Positions 1 through 13,000 of a stretch of 64,000 bases of DNA are shown here, in pieces; position 1 is the stretch's first letter, and every line of letters starts with the position of its first letter. The notes below the pieces were generated by a model. It saw only the letters and a list, made by a program, of their open reading frames with translations, ran no database searches and had not been told where the DNA came from. Origin of the DNA: Eledone cirrhosa (taxonomy: Eukaryota); the NCBI GenBank assembly GCA_964016885.1, contig OZ024760.1, positions 35,092,001 to 35,156,000 of the forward strand, in the 5' to 3' direction. The position numbers and the translations under genes are program-made.

Positions 1-57
1 AGAGGACTCAACAAGTTCCTGGAGTAAAAGATCAATGAAAATAATCATTAAATCACT

Positions 58-795
<738 letters not shown>

Positions 796-954
796 TTGTT
801 ATACTTTGGGAGGGTCATGTTGCCAATAAGAAACACGCACCAGTTGCTTTCACTTCAATTTATTATTATAATAAATTTATAATAAATTTATAAATTTATA
901 AATTTATAAATTTCTGGTTGGTTGGTTCCACAACTAGATAGTTGTTTATATATT

Positions 955-997
955 GTCATAGTTCTTTCGTCACACACTCTGTGACATCTTCAGTGAC
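955..997 (-). ncRNA. Minimal type I hammerhead ribozyme motif (left arm)
   Basis: The minus strand reads gtca-CTGAAGA-t-gtcaca-gagtg-tgtgac-GAAA-gaac-TA-tgac: stem I gtca/tgac, 6-bp stem II, minimal stem III, CUA cleavage triplet. Confidence 0.75.
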
Positions 998-1123
998 TGG
1001 GGATTCCTTTCTTTGTTTCTGTGCCTCTCCTTTGTTCTGTCCTACGCCATTTTTTACACACAGAAACAAAATGGCGTAGGACAGAACAAAGGAGAGGCAC
1101 AGAAACAAATAAATGAATCCCCA

Positions 1124-1166
1124 GTCACTGAAGAGGTCACAGAGTGTGTGACGAAAGAACTATGAC
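1124..1166 (+). ncRNA. Minimal type I hammerhead ribozyme motif (right arm)
   Basis: gtca(1124-27) CTGAAGA(1128-34) g gtcaca(1136-41) gagtg tgtgac(1147-52) GAAA(1153-56) gaac TA(1161-62) tgac(1163-66). Predicted cleavage is after 1162. Confidence 0.75.
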
Positions 1167-1377
1167 AATATATAAACAACTATCTGGTTGTGGAACCAAC
1201 CAAACAACCAGAAATTTATAAATTTATGAATTTATAAATTTATTATAATAATAAATTGAAGTGAAAGTAACTGGTGCGTGTGTTTCTTATTGGCAACATG
1301 ACCCTCCCAAAGTATAACAATATCGGTTTCAACACACGATTTCAGATAAAGAATCTTGTCAAACAAATTCAGAAACG

Positions 1378-1379
<2 letters not shown>

Positions 1380-1421
<42 letters not shown>

Positions 1422-1470
1422 TGAAACAAAATGAAAACGAAATTTCATTTCTCACTCTTACATGCATACT

Positions 1471-1528
<58 letters not shown>
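1380..1528. repeat. Two (TA)n microsatellite runs separated by ~55 bp
   Basis: Pure TA runs at ~1380-1418 and ~1474-1528; the second directly abuts the 1-kb satellite. Confidence 0.97.
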
Positions 1529-1532
<4 letters not shown>

Positions 1533-2099
1533 TAGCCTAAGAAAATATATATATGCCTATGTATATAATTACATGCATACATTTATTTTTTTTAATTAAT
1601 TGAGTTCTTTACACGAGGAATTGATATTAGTTTTGAAATAACTAATAAACCCGCGTGTGTTTTATATTTTACTCTTAATTCGCCCGGAGGTTTACATTCC
1701 TATTTGCCCTTTAAAGCATAACTTTCCGTATTTACTACGGTTACGAGATGCGGTTTCTTATTCAGGTACAACCTCTGATTTAGCCTAAGAAAATATCGAT
1801 ATGCGTGTGTAGTTTATACACGCATATATTTATTTTTTTTATTTCAATTGAGTTCTTAACACGTTGGATTGATGTTTTCGAAAAAACCGTTTAACCCGCG
1901 TGTATATTATTTTTTTTCCTCTTTTCGTGGATCGTGGTTGTCTCCCCTTCCCGCTTAGTGACGCTATAATACTTCCTCAGTCAAAAACTGCTGGAATTTC
2001 AAATTTGCCGGTCACTCGATGCGGGAAGGAGCAACTTAACAGACACAATTTTTAACTACGTTAAGAAATTTTTTTTTCTTATATCAAAGTTTAATGGGC

Positions 2100-2224
2100 T
2101 TCCACTGATGATTTATAATCGCCCACCTAAATATATTCTAACATGAATGTATATTAGGCTTCTACATAAACTGGAAATATTCTCCGAATTTGTAGAAGAC
2201 TTATAATGAAACAATTGTTTGGAA
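2100..2224 (+). ncRNA. Type I hammerhead ribozyme fold with extended, branched stem II (copy 1; repeated in each Sat-1k monomer)
   Basis: Stem I ttcca(2100-04)/tggaa(2220-24); core CTGATGA(2105-11); U.U at 10.1/11.1; stem II ttataa(2113-18)/ttataa(2201-06); GAAA(2208-11); palindromic stem III ACAATTGT(2211-18); GUU triplet with cleavage after 2219. The loop II insert holds two hairpins (cctaaatatattc/gaatgtatattagg and ttctaca/tgtagaa). Confidence 0.6.
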
Positions 2225-3919
2225 AGAGAGATATATTATAACTTTAATTATATCTCAGAAAATAATACAACTGGCTTTTCCACATAATACATATTGTTAG
2301 CACCCCAAACACTTAAATTGGGTTTATATTAAAATATAACCTAATGTTTGTTGAGTGAGATGGTTACCAGTCAGAGATTAGCTTTAAACTATCTCTGTTA
2401 TGGTATTAATATTTTACTCTTGATTGGCCAGAGGTGTTTATTTCCAGGTACCTTATAAATTTGACTTTCCGTATTTATTACTGTTGTGCGATATTGTGGT
2501 TTTTATTGGTTGTAACTTCTCTGTTTTTTAGCCTAAGAAAATATATATATGCCTATGTATATAATTACATGCATACATTTATTTTTTTTAATTAATTGAG
2601 TTCTTTACACAAGGAATTGATATTAGTTTTGAAATAACTAATTAACCCGCGTGTGTTTTATATTTTACTCTTAATTCGGCCGGAGATTTACATTCCCATT
2701 TGCCCTTTAAAGCATAACTTTCCGTATTTACTACGTTTACGAGATGCGGTTTCTTATTCAGGTACAACCTCTGATTTAGCCTAAGAAAATATTGATATGC
2801 GTGTGTAATTTATACACGCATATATTTATTTTTTTAATTTCAATTGAGTTCTTAACACGTTGGATTGATAATGTTTTCGAAAAAACTGTTTAACCCGCGT
2901 CTATATTATTTTTTTCCTCCTTTCGTGGATCGTGGTTGTCTTCCCTTTCCGCTTAGTAACGCTATAATACTTCCTCAGTCAAAAACTGCTGGAATTTCAA
3001 ATTTGCCGGTCACTCTTTGCGGGAAGGAGCAACTTAACAGACACGATATTTAACTACGGTAAGAACATTTTTTTTTCTTATATCAAAGTTTAATGGGCTT
3101 CCACTGATGATTTATAATCGCCCACCTAAATATATTCTTACATGAATGTATATTAGGCTTCTACATAAACTGGAAATATTCTCCGAATTTGTAGAAAACT
3201 TATAATGAAACAATTGTTTGGAAAGAGAGATATATTTTAACTTTAATTATATCTCATAAAATAATACAACTGGCTTTTCCACATAATACATATTGTTAGC
3301 ACCCCAAACACTTAAATTGGGTTTATATTAAAATATAACCTAATGTTTGTTGAGTGAGATGGTTACCAGTCAGAGATTAGCTTTAAACTATCTCTGTTAT
3401 TGTATTAATATTTTATTGGCCAGAGGTGTTTATTTCCAGGAACCTTATAAATTTGAGTTTCCGTATTTATTACTGTTGTGCGATACTGTGATTTTTATTG
3501 GTTGTAACTTCTCTGTTTTTTAGCCTAAGAAAATATATATATGCCTATGTATATAATTACATGCATACATTTATTTTTTTTAATTAATTGAGTTCTTTAC
3601 ACGAGGAATTGATATTAGTTTTGAAATAACTAATTAACCCGCGTGTGTTTTATATTTTACTCTTAATTCGGCCGGAGATTTACATTCCCATTTGCCCTTT
3701 AAAGCATAACTTTCCGTATTTACTACGGTTACGAGATGCGGTTTCTTATTCAGGTACAACCTCTGATTTAGCCTAAGAAAATATTGATATGCGTGTGTAA
3801 TTTATACACGTATATATTTATTTTTTTAATTTCAATTGAGTTCTTAACACGTTGGATTGATAATGTTTTCGAAAGAACTGTTTACCCGCGTCTATATTAT
3901 TTTTTTCCTCCTTTCGTGG

Positions 3920-4038
3920 ATCGTGGTTGTCTTCCCTTCCCGCTTAGTGACGCTATAATACTTCCTCAGTCAAAAACTGCTGGAATTTCAAATTTGCCAG
4001 TCACTCGATGCGGGAAGGAGCAACTTAACAAACACGAT
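3920..4038 (+). other. GC-rich long hairpin in the Sat-1k monomer (copy 3 shown)
   Basis: Nested pairings atcgtg/cacgat, gttg(t)ct/agcaac, ccttcccgc(3935-43)/gcgggaagg(4010-18), agtgac(3946-51)/gtcact(4000-05), inner ttcc..cagt/actg..ggaa; followed by a T5 run. Confidence 0.7.
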
Positions 4039-7000
4039 TTTTAACTACGGTAAGAAAATTTTTTTTTCTTATATCAAAGTTTAATGGGCTTCCACTGATG
4101 ATTTATAATCGCCCACCTAAATATATTCTAACATGAATGTATATTAGGCTTCTACATAAACTGGAAATATTCTCCGAATTTTTAGAAGACTTATAATGAA
4201 ACAATTGTTTGGAAAGAGAGATATATTTTAACTTTAATTATATCTCATAAAATAATACAACTGACTTTTCCACATAATACTGTTAGCACCCCAAACACTT
4301 AAATTGGGTTTATATTAAAATATAACCTAATGTTTGTTGAGTGAGATGGTTACCAGTCAGAGATTAGCTTTAAACTATCTCTGTTATGGTATTAATATTT
4401 TACTCTTGATTGGCCAGAGGTGTTTATTTCCAGGTACCTTATAAATTTGACTTTCCGTATTTATTACTGTTGTGCGATATTGTGGTTTTTATTGGTTGTA
4501 ACTTCTCTGTTTTTTAGCCTAAGAAAATATATATATGCCTATGTATATAATTACATGCATACATTTATTTTTTTTAATTAATTGAGTTCTTTACACAAGG
4601 AATTGATATTAGTTTTGAAATAACTAATTAACCCGCGTGTGTTTTATATTTTACTCTTAATTCGGCCGGAGATTTACATTCCCATTTGCCCTTTAAAGCA
4701 TAACTTTCCGTATTTACTACGGTTACGAGATGCGGTTTCTTATTCAGGTACAACCTCTGATTTAGCCTAAGAAAATATTGATATGCGTGTGTAATTTATA
4801 CACGTATATATTTATTTTTTTAATTTCAATTGAGTTCTTAACACGTTGGATTGATAATGTTTTCGAAAGAACTGTTTAACCCGCGTCTATATTATTTTTT
4901 TCCTCCTTTCGTGGATCGTGGTTGTCTTCCCTTCCCGCTTAGTGACGCTATAATACTTCCTCAGTCAAAAACTGCTGGAATTTCAAATTTGCCGGTCACT
5001 CTTTGCGGGAAGGAGCAACTTAACAGACACGAATTTTAACTAGGGTAAGAACATTTTTTTTCTTATATCAAAGTTTAATGGGCTTCCACTGATGATTTAT
5101 AAACGCCCACCTAAATATATTCTAACATGAATGTATATTAGACTTCTACATCATCTGGAAATATTCTCCGAATTTGTAGAAAACTTATAATGAAACAATT
5201 GTTTGGAAAGAGAGATATATTTTAACTTTAATTATATCTCATAAAATAATACAACTGGCTTTTCCACATAATACATATTGTTAGCACCCCAAACACTTAA
5301 ATTGGGTTTATATTAAAATATAACCTAATGTTTGTTGAGTGAGATGGTTACCAGTCAGAGATTAGCTTTAAACTATCTCTGTTATGGTATTAATATTTTA
5401 CTCTTGATTGGCCAGAGGTGTTTATTTCCAGGTACCTTATAAATTTGACTTTCCGTATTTATTACTGTTGTGCGATATTGTGGTTTTTATTGGTTGTAAC
5501 TTCTCTGTTTTTTAGCCTAAGAAAATATATATATGCCTATGTATATAATTACATGCATACATTTATTTTTTTTAATTAATTGAGTTCTTTACACGAGGAA
5601 TTGATATTAGTTTTGAAATAACTAATTAACCCGCGTGTGTTTTATATTTTACTCTTAATTCGGCCGGAGATTTACATTCCCATTTGCCCTTTAAAGCATA
5701 ACTTTCCGTATTTACTACGGTTACGAGATGCGGTTTCTTATTCAGGTACAACCTCTGATTTAGCCTAAGAAAATATTGATATGCGTGTGTATTTTATACA
5801 CGCATATATTTATTTTTTTAATTTCAATTGAGTTCTTAACACGTTGGATTGATAATGTTTTCGAAAGAACTGTTTAACCCGCGTGTATATTATTTTTTTC
5901 CTCCTTTCGTGGATCGTGGTTGTCTTCCCTTCCCGCTTAGTGACGCTATAATACTTCCTCAGTCAAAAACTGCTGGAATTTCAAATTTGCCGGTCACTCT
6001 TTGCGGGAAGGAGCAACTTAACAGACACGATTTTTAACTACGGTAAGAACATTTTTTTTCTTATATCAAAGTTTAATGGGCTTCCACTGATGATTTATAA
6101 ACGCCCACCTAAATATATTCTAACATGAATGTATATTAGACTTCTACATCATCTGGAAATATTCTCCGAATTAGTAGAAAACTTATAATGAAACAATTGT
6201 TTGGAAAGAGAGATATATTTTAACTTTAATTATATCTCATAAAATAATACAACTGGCTTTTCCACATAATACATATTGTTAGCACCCCAAACACTTAAAT
6301 TGGGTTTATATTAAAATATAACCTAATGTTTGTTGAGTGAGATGGTTACCAGTCATAGATTAGCTTTAAACTATCTCTGTTATTGTATTAATATTTTACT
6401 CTTGATTGGCCAGAGGTGTTTACTTCCAGGTACCTTATAAATTTGACTTTCCGTATTTATTACTGTTGTGCGATATTGTGGTTTTTATTGGTTGTAACTT
6501 CTCTGTTTTTTAGCATAAGAAAATATTTATATGCCTATGTATATAATTACATGCATACATTAATTTTTTTTATTAATTGAGTTCTTTACACGGGGAATTG
6601 ATATTAGTTTTGAAATAACTAATTAACCCGCGTGTGTTTTATATTTTACTCTTAATTCAGCCGGAGATTTACATTCCCATTTGCCCTTTAAAGCATAACT
6701 TTCCGTATTTACTACGGTTACGAGATGCGGTTTCTTATTCAGGTACAACCTCTGATTTAGCCTAAGAAAATATTGATATGCGTGTGTAATTTATACACGC
6801 ATATATTTATTTTTTTAATTTCAATTGAGTTCTTAACACGTTGGATTGATAATGTTTTCGAAAAAACTGTTTAACCCGCGTGTATATTATTTTTTTTCCT
6901 CTTTTCGTGGATCGTGGTTGTCTCCCCCTCCCGCTTAGTGACGCTATAATACTTCCTCAGTCAAAAACTGTTGGAATATCAAATTTGCCGGTCACTCGAT

Positions 7001-10000
7001 GCGGGAAGGAGCAACTTAACAGGCACGATTTTTAACTACGGTAAGAACATTTTTTTTTCTTATATCAAAGTTTAATGGGCTTCCACTGATGATTTATAAT
7101 CGCCCACCTAAATATATTCTTACATGAATGTATATTAGGCTTCTACATAAACTGGAAATATTCTCCGAATTTGTAGAAAACTTATAATGAAACAATTGTT
7201 TGGAAAGAGAGATATATTTTAACTTTAATTATATCTCATAAAATAATACAACTGGCTTTTCCACATAATACATATTGTTAGCGCCCCAAACACTTAAATT
7301 GGGTTTATATTAAAATATAACCTAATGTTTGTTGAGTGAGATGGTTACCAGTCAGAGATTAGCTTTAAACTATCTCTGTTATTGTATTAATATTTTACTC
7401 TTGATTGGCCAGAGGTGTTTACTTCCAGGTACCTTATAAATTTGACTTTCCGTATTTATTACTGTTGTGCGATATTGTGGTTTTTATTGGTTGTAACTTC
7501 TCTGTTTTTTAGCATAAGAAAATATTTATATGCCTATGTATATAATTACATGCATACATTTATTTTTTTTAATTAATTGAGTTCTTTACACGAGGAATTG
7601 ATATTAGTTTTGAAATAACTAATTAACCCGCGTGTGTTTTATATTTTACTCTTATTTCGGCCGGAGATTTACATTCCCATTTGCCCTTTAAAGCATAACT
7701 TTCCGTATTTACTACGGTTACGAGATGCGGTTTCTTATTCAGGTACAACCTCTGATTTAGCCTAAGAAAATATTGATATGCGTGTGTACTTTATACACGC
7801 ATATATTTATTTTTTTAATTTCAATTGAGTTCTTAACACGTTGGATTGATAATGTTTTCGAAAGAACTGTTTAACCCGCGTCTATATTATTTTTTTCCTC
7901 CTTTCGTGGATCGTGGTTGTCTTCCCTTCCCGCTTAGTGACGCTATAATACTTCTTCAGTCAAAAACTGCTGGAATTTCAAATTTGCCGGTCACTCTTTG
8001 CGGGAAGGAGCAACTTAACAGACACGAATTTTAACTAGGGTAAGAACATTTTTTTTCTTATATCAAAGTTTAATGGGCTTCCACTGATGATTTATAAACG
8101 CCCACCTAAATATATTCTAACATGAATGTATATTAGACTTCTACATCATCTGGAAATATTCTCCGAATTTGTAGAAAACTTATAATGAAACAATTGTTTG
8201 GAAAGAGAGATATATTTTAACTTTAATTATATCTCATAAAATAATACAACTGGCTTTTCCACATAATACATATTGTTAGCACCCCAAACACTTAAATTGG
8301 GTTTATATTAAAATATAACCTAATGTTTGTTGAGTGAGATGGTTACCAGTCAGAGATTAGCTTTAAACTATCTCTGTTATGGTATTAATATTTTACTCTT
8401 GATTGGCCAGAGGTGTTTATTTCCAGGTACCTTATAAATTTGACTTTCCGTATTTATTACTGTTGTGCGATATTGTGGTTTTTATTGGTTGTAACTTCTC
8501 TGTTTTTTAGCCTAAGAAAATATATATATGCCTATGTATATAATTACATGCATACAGTTATTTTTTTTAATTAATTGAGTTCTTTACACAAGGAATTGAT
8601 ATTAGTTTTGTAATAACTAATTAACCCGCGTGTGTTTTATATTTTACTCTTAATTCAGCCGGAGATTTACATTCCCATTTGCCCTTTAAAGCATACCTTT
8701 CCGTATTTACTACGGTTACGAGATGCGGTTTCTTATTCAGGTACAACCTCTGATTTAGCCTAAGAAAATATTGATATGCGTGTGTAATTTATACACGTAT
8801 ATATTTATTTTTTTAATTTCAATTGAGTTCTTAACACGTTGGATTGATAATGTTTTCGAAAGAACTGTTTAACCCGCGTCTATATTATTTTTTTCCTCCT
8901 TTCGTGGATCGTGGTTGTCTTCCCTTCCCGCTAGGTGACGCTATAATACTTCCTCAGTCAAAAACTGCTGGAATTTCAAATTTGCCGGTCACTCGATGCG
9001 GGAAGGAGCAACTTAACAGACACGATTTTTAACTACGTTAAGAACATTTTTTTTTCTTATATCAAAGTTTAATGGGCTTCCACTGATGATTTATAATCGC
9101 CCACCTAAATATATTCTTACATGAATGTATATTAGGCTTCTACATAAACTGGAAATATTCTCCGAATTTGTAGAAAACTTATAATGAAACAATTGTTTGG
9201 AAAGAGAGATATATTTTAACTTTAATTATATCTCATAAAATAATACAACTGGCTTTTCCACATAATACATATTGTTAGCACCCCAAACACTTAAATTGGG
9301 TTTATATTAAAATATAACCTAATGTTTGTTGAGTGAGATGGTTACCAGTCAGAGATTAGCTTTAAACTATCTCTGTTATGGTATTAATATTTTACTCTTG
9401 ATTGGCCAGAGGTGTTTATTTCCAGGTACCTTATAAATTTGACTTTCCGTATTTATTACTGTTGTGCGATATTGTGGTTTTTATTGGTTGTAACTTCTCT
9501 GTTTTTTAGCCTAAGAAAATATATATATGCCTATGCATACATTTATTTTTTTTTATTAATTGAGTTCTTTACACAAGGAATTGATATTAGTTTTGAAATA
9601 ACTAATTAACCCGCGTGTGTTTTATATTTTACTCTTAATTCGGCTGGAGATTTACATTCCCATTTGCCCTTTAAAGCAGAACTTTCCATATTTACTACGG
9701 TTACGAGATGCGGTTTCTTATTCAGGTACAACCTCTGATTTAGCCTAAGAAAATATTGATATGCGTGTGTAATTTATACACGCATATATTTATTTTTTTA
9801 ATTTCAATTGAGTTCTTAACACGTTGGATTGATAATGTTTTCGAAAGAACTGTTTAACCCGCGTGTATATTATTTTTTTCCTCCTTTCGTGGATCGTGGT
9901 TGTCTTCCCTTCCCGCTTAGTGACGCTATAATACTTCCTCAGTCAAAAACTGCTGGAATTTCAAATTTGCCGGTCACTCTTTGCGGGAAGGAGCAACTTA

Positions 10001-13000
10001 ACAGACACGATTTTTAACTACGGTAAGAACATTTTTTTTCTTATATCAAAGTTTAATGGGCTTCCACTGATGATTTATAAACGCCCACCTAAATATATTC
10101 TAACATGAATGTATATTAGACTTCTACATCATCTGGAAATATTCTCTGAATTTGTAGAAAATTATAATGAAACAATTGTTTGGAAAGAGAGATATATTTT
10201 AACTTTAATTATATCTCATAAAATAATACAACTGGCTTTTCCACATAATACATATTGTTAGCACCCCAAACACTTAAATTGGGTTTATATTAAAATATAA
10301 CCTAATGTTTGTTGAGTGAGATGGTTACCAGTCAGAGATTAGCTTTAAATTATCTCTGTTATTGTATTAATATTTTACTCTTGATTGGCCAGAGTTGTTT
10401 ATTTCCAGGTACCTTATAAATTTGACTTTCCGTATTTATTACTGTTGTGCGATATTGTGGTTTTTATTGGTTGTAACTTCTCTGTTTTTTAGCCTAAGAA
10501 AATATATATATGCCTATGTATATAATTACATGCATACATTTATTTTTTTTAATTAATTGAGTTCTTTACACGAGGAATTGATATTAGTTTTGAAATCACC
10601 AATTAACCCGCGTGTGTTTTATATTTTACTCTTAATTCGGCCGGAGATTTACATTCCCATTTGCCTTTTAAAGCATAACTTTCCGTATTTACTACGGTTA
10701 CGAGATGCGGTTTCTTATTCAGGTACAACCTCTTGTTTAGCCTAAGAAAATATCGATATGCGTGTGTAATTTATACACGCATATATTTATTTTTTTAATT
10801 TCAATTGAGTTCTTAACACGTTGGATTGATAATGTTTTCGAAAGAACTGTTTAACCCGCGTGTATATTATTTTTTTCCGACTTTCGTGGATCGTGGTTGT
10901 CTTCCCTTCCCGCTTAGTGACGCTATAATACTTCCTCAGTCAAAAACTGCTGGAATTTCAAATTTGCCGGTCACTCGATGCGGGAAGGAGCAACTTAACA
11001 GACGCGATTTTCAACTACGGTAAGAACATTTTTTTTTATTATATCAAAGTTTAATGGGCTTCTACTGATGATTTATAAACGCCCACCTAAATATATTCTT
11101 ATATGAATGTATATTAGGCTTCTACATAAACTGGAAATATTCTCCAAATTTGTAGAAAACTTATAATGAAACAATTGTTTGGAAAGAGAGATATATTTTA
11201 ACTTTAATTATATCTCATAAAATAATACAACTGGCTTTTCCACATAATACATATTGTTAGCACCCCAAATACTTAAATTGGGTTTATATTAAAATATAAC
11301 CTAATGTTTGTTGAGTGAGATGGTTACCAGTCAGAGATTAGCTTTAAACTATCTCTGTTATTGTATTAATATTTTACTCTTGATTGGCCAGAGTTGTTTA
11401 TTTCCAGGTACCTTATAAATTTGACTTTCCGTATTTATTACTGTTGTGCGATATTGTGGTTTTTATTGGTTGTAACTTCTCTGTTTTTTAGCCTAAGAAA
11501 ATATATATATGCCTATGTATATAATTACATGCATACATTTATTTTTTTTAATTAATTGAGTTCTTTACACGAGGAATTGATATTAGTTTTGAAATAACTA
11601 ATTAACCCGCGTGTGTTTTATATTTTACTCTTAATTCGGCCGGAGATTTACATTCCCATTTGCCCTTTAAAGCATAACTTTCCGTATTTACTACGGTTAC
11701 GAGATGCGGTTTCTTATTCAGGTACAACCTCTGATTTAGCCTAAGAAAATATTGATATGCGTGTGTAATTTATACACGCATATATTTATTTTTTTAATTT
11801 CAATTGAGTTCTTAACACGTTGGATTGATAATGTTTCGAAGAACTGTTTAACCCGCGTGTATATTATTTTTTTCCTCCTTTCGTGGATCGTGGTTGTCTT
11901 CCCTTCCCGCTTAGTGACGCTATAATACTTCCTCAGTCAAAAACTGCTGGAATTTCAAATTTGCCGGTCACTCGATGCGGGAAGGAGCAACTTAACAGAC
12001 GCGATTTTCAACTACGGTAAGAACATTTTTTTTTCTTATATCAAAGTTTAATGGGCTTCCACTGATGATTTATAAACGCACACCTAAATATATTCTAACA
12101 TGAATGTATATTAGACTTCTACATCATCTGGAAATATTCTCCGAATTTGTAGAAAATTATAATGAAACAATTGTTTGGAAAGAGAGATATATTTTAACTT
12201 TAATTATATCTCATAAAATAATACAACTGGCTTTTCCACATAATACATATTGTTAGCACCCCAAACACTTAAATTGGGTTTATATTAAAATATAACCTAA
12301 TGTTTGTTGAGTGAGATGGTTACCAGTCAGAGATTAGCTTTAAACTATCTCTGTTATGGTATTAATATTTTACTCTTGATTGGCCAGAGGTGTTTATTTC
12401 CAGGTACCTTATAAATTTGACTTTCCGTATTTATTACTGTTGTGCGATATTGTGGTTTTTATTGGTTGTAACTTCTCTGTTTTTTAGCCTAAGAAAATAT
12501 ATATATGCCTATGTATATAATTACATGCATACATTTATTTTTTTTAATTAATTGAGTTCTTTACACGAGGAATTGATATTAGTTTTGAAATAACTAATTA
12601 ACCGGCGTGTGTTTTATATTTTACTCTTAATTCGGCCGGAGATTTACATTCCCATTTGCCCTTTAAAGCATAACTTTCCGTATTTACTACGGTTACGAGA
12701 TGCGGTTTCTTATTCAGGTACAACCTCTGATTTAGCCTAAGAAAATATCGATATGCGTGTGTAATTTATACTCGCATATATTTATCTTTTAATTTCAATT
12801 GAGTTCTTAACACGTCGGATTGATAATGTTTTCGAAAAAACTGTTTAACCAGCGTGTATATTATTTTTTTTCCTCCTTTCGTGGATCGTGGTTGTCTCCC
12901 CTTTCCGCTTAGTGACGCTATAATACTTCCTCAGTCAAAAACTGCTGGAATTTCAAATTTGCCGGTCACTCGATGCGGGAAGGAGCAACTTAACAGACAC

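Noticed and set aside
1968-1982. atacttcctcag resembling the 5' end of U1 snRNA (ATACTTACCTG)
   Set aside because: The match is imperfect and no U1 stem-loops or Sm site follow.
2440-2465. Possible spliced-leader RNA (ccag/gtacc followed by aaatttga)
   Set aside because: The putative Sm site has only three U and no leader I recognise; too weak to call.
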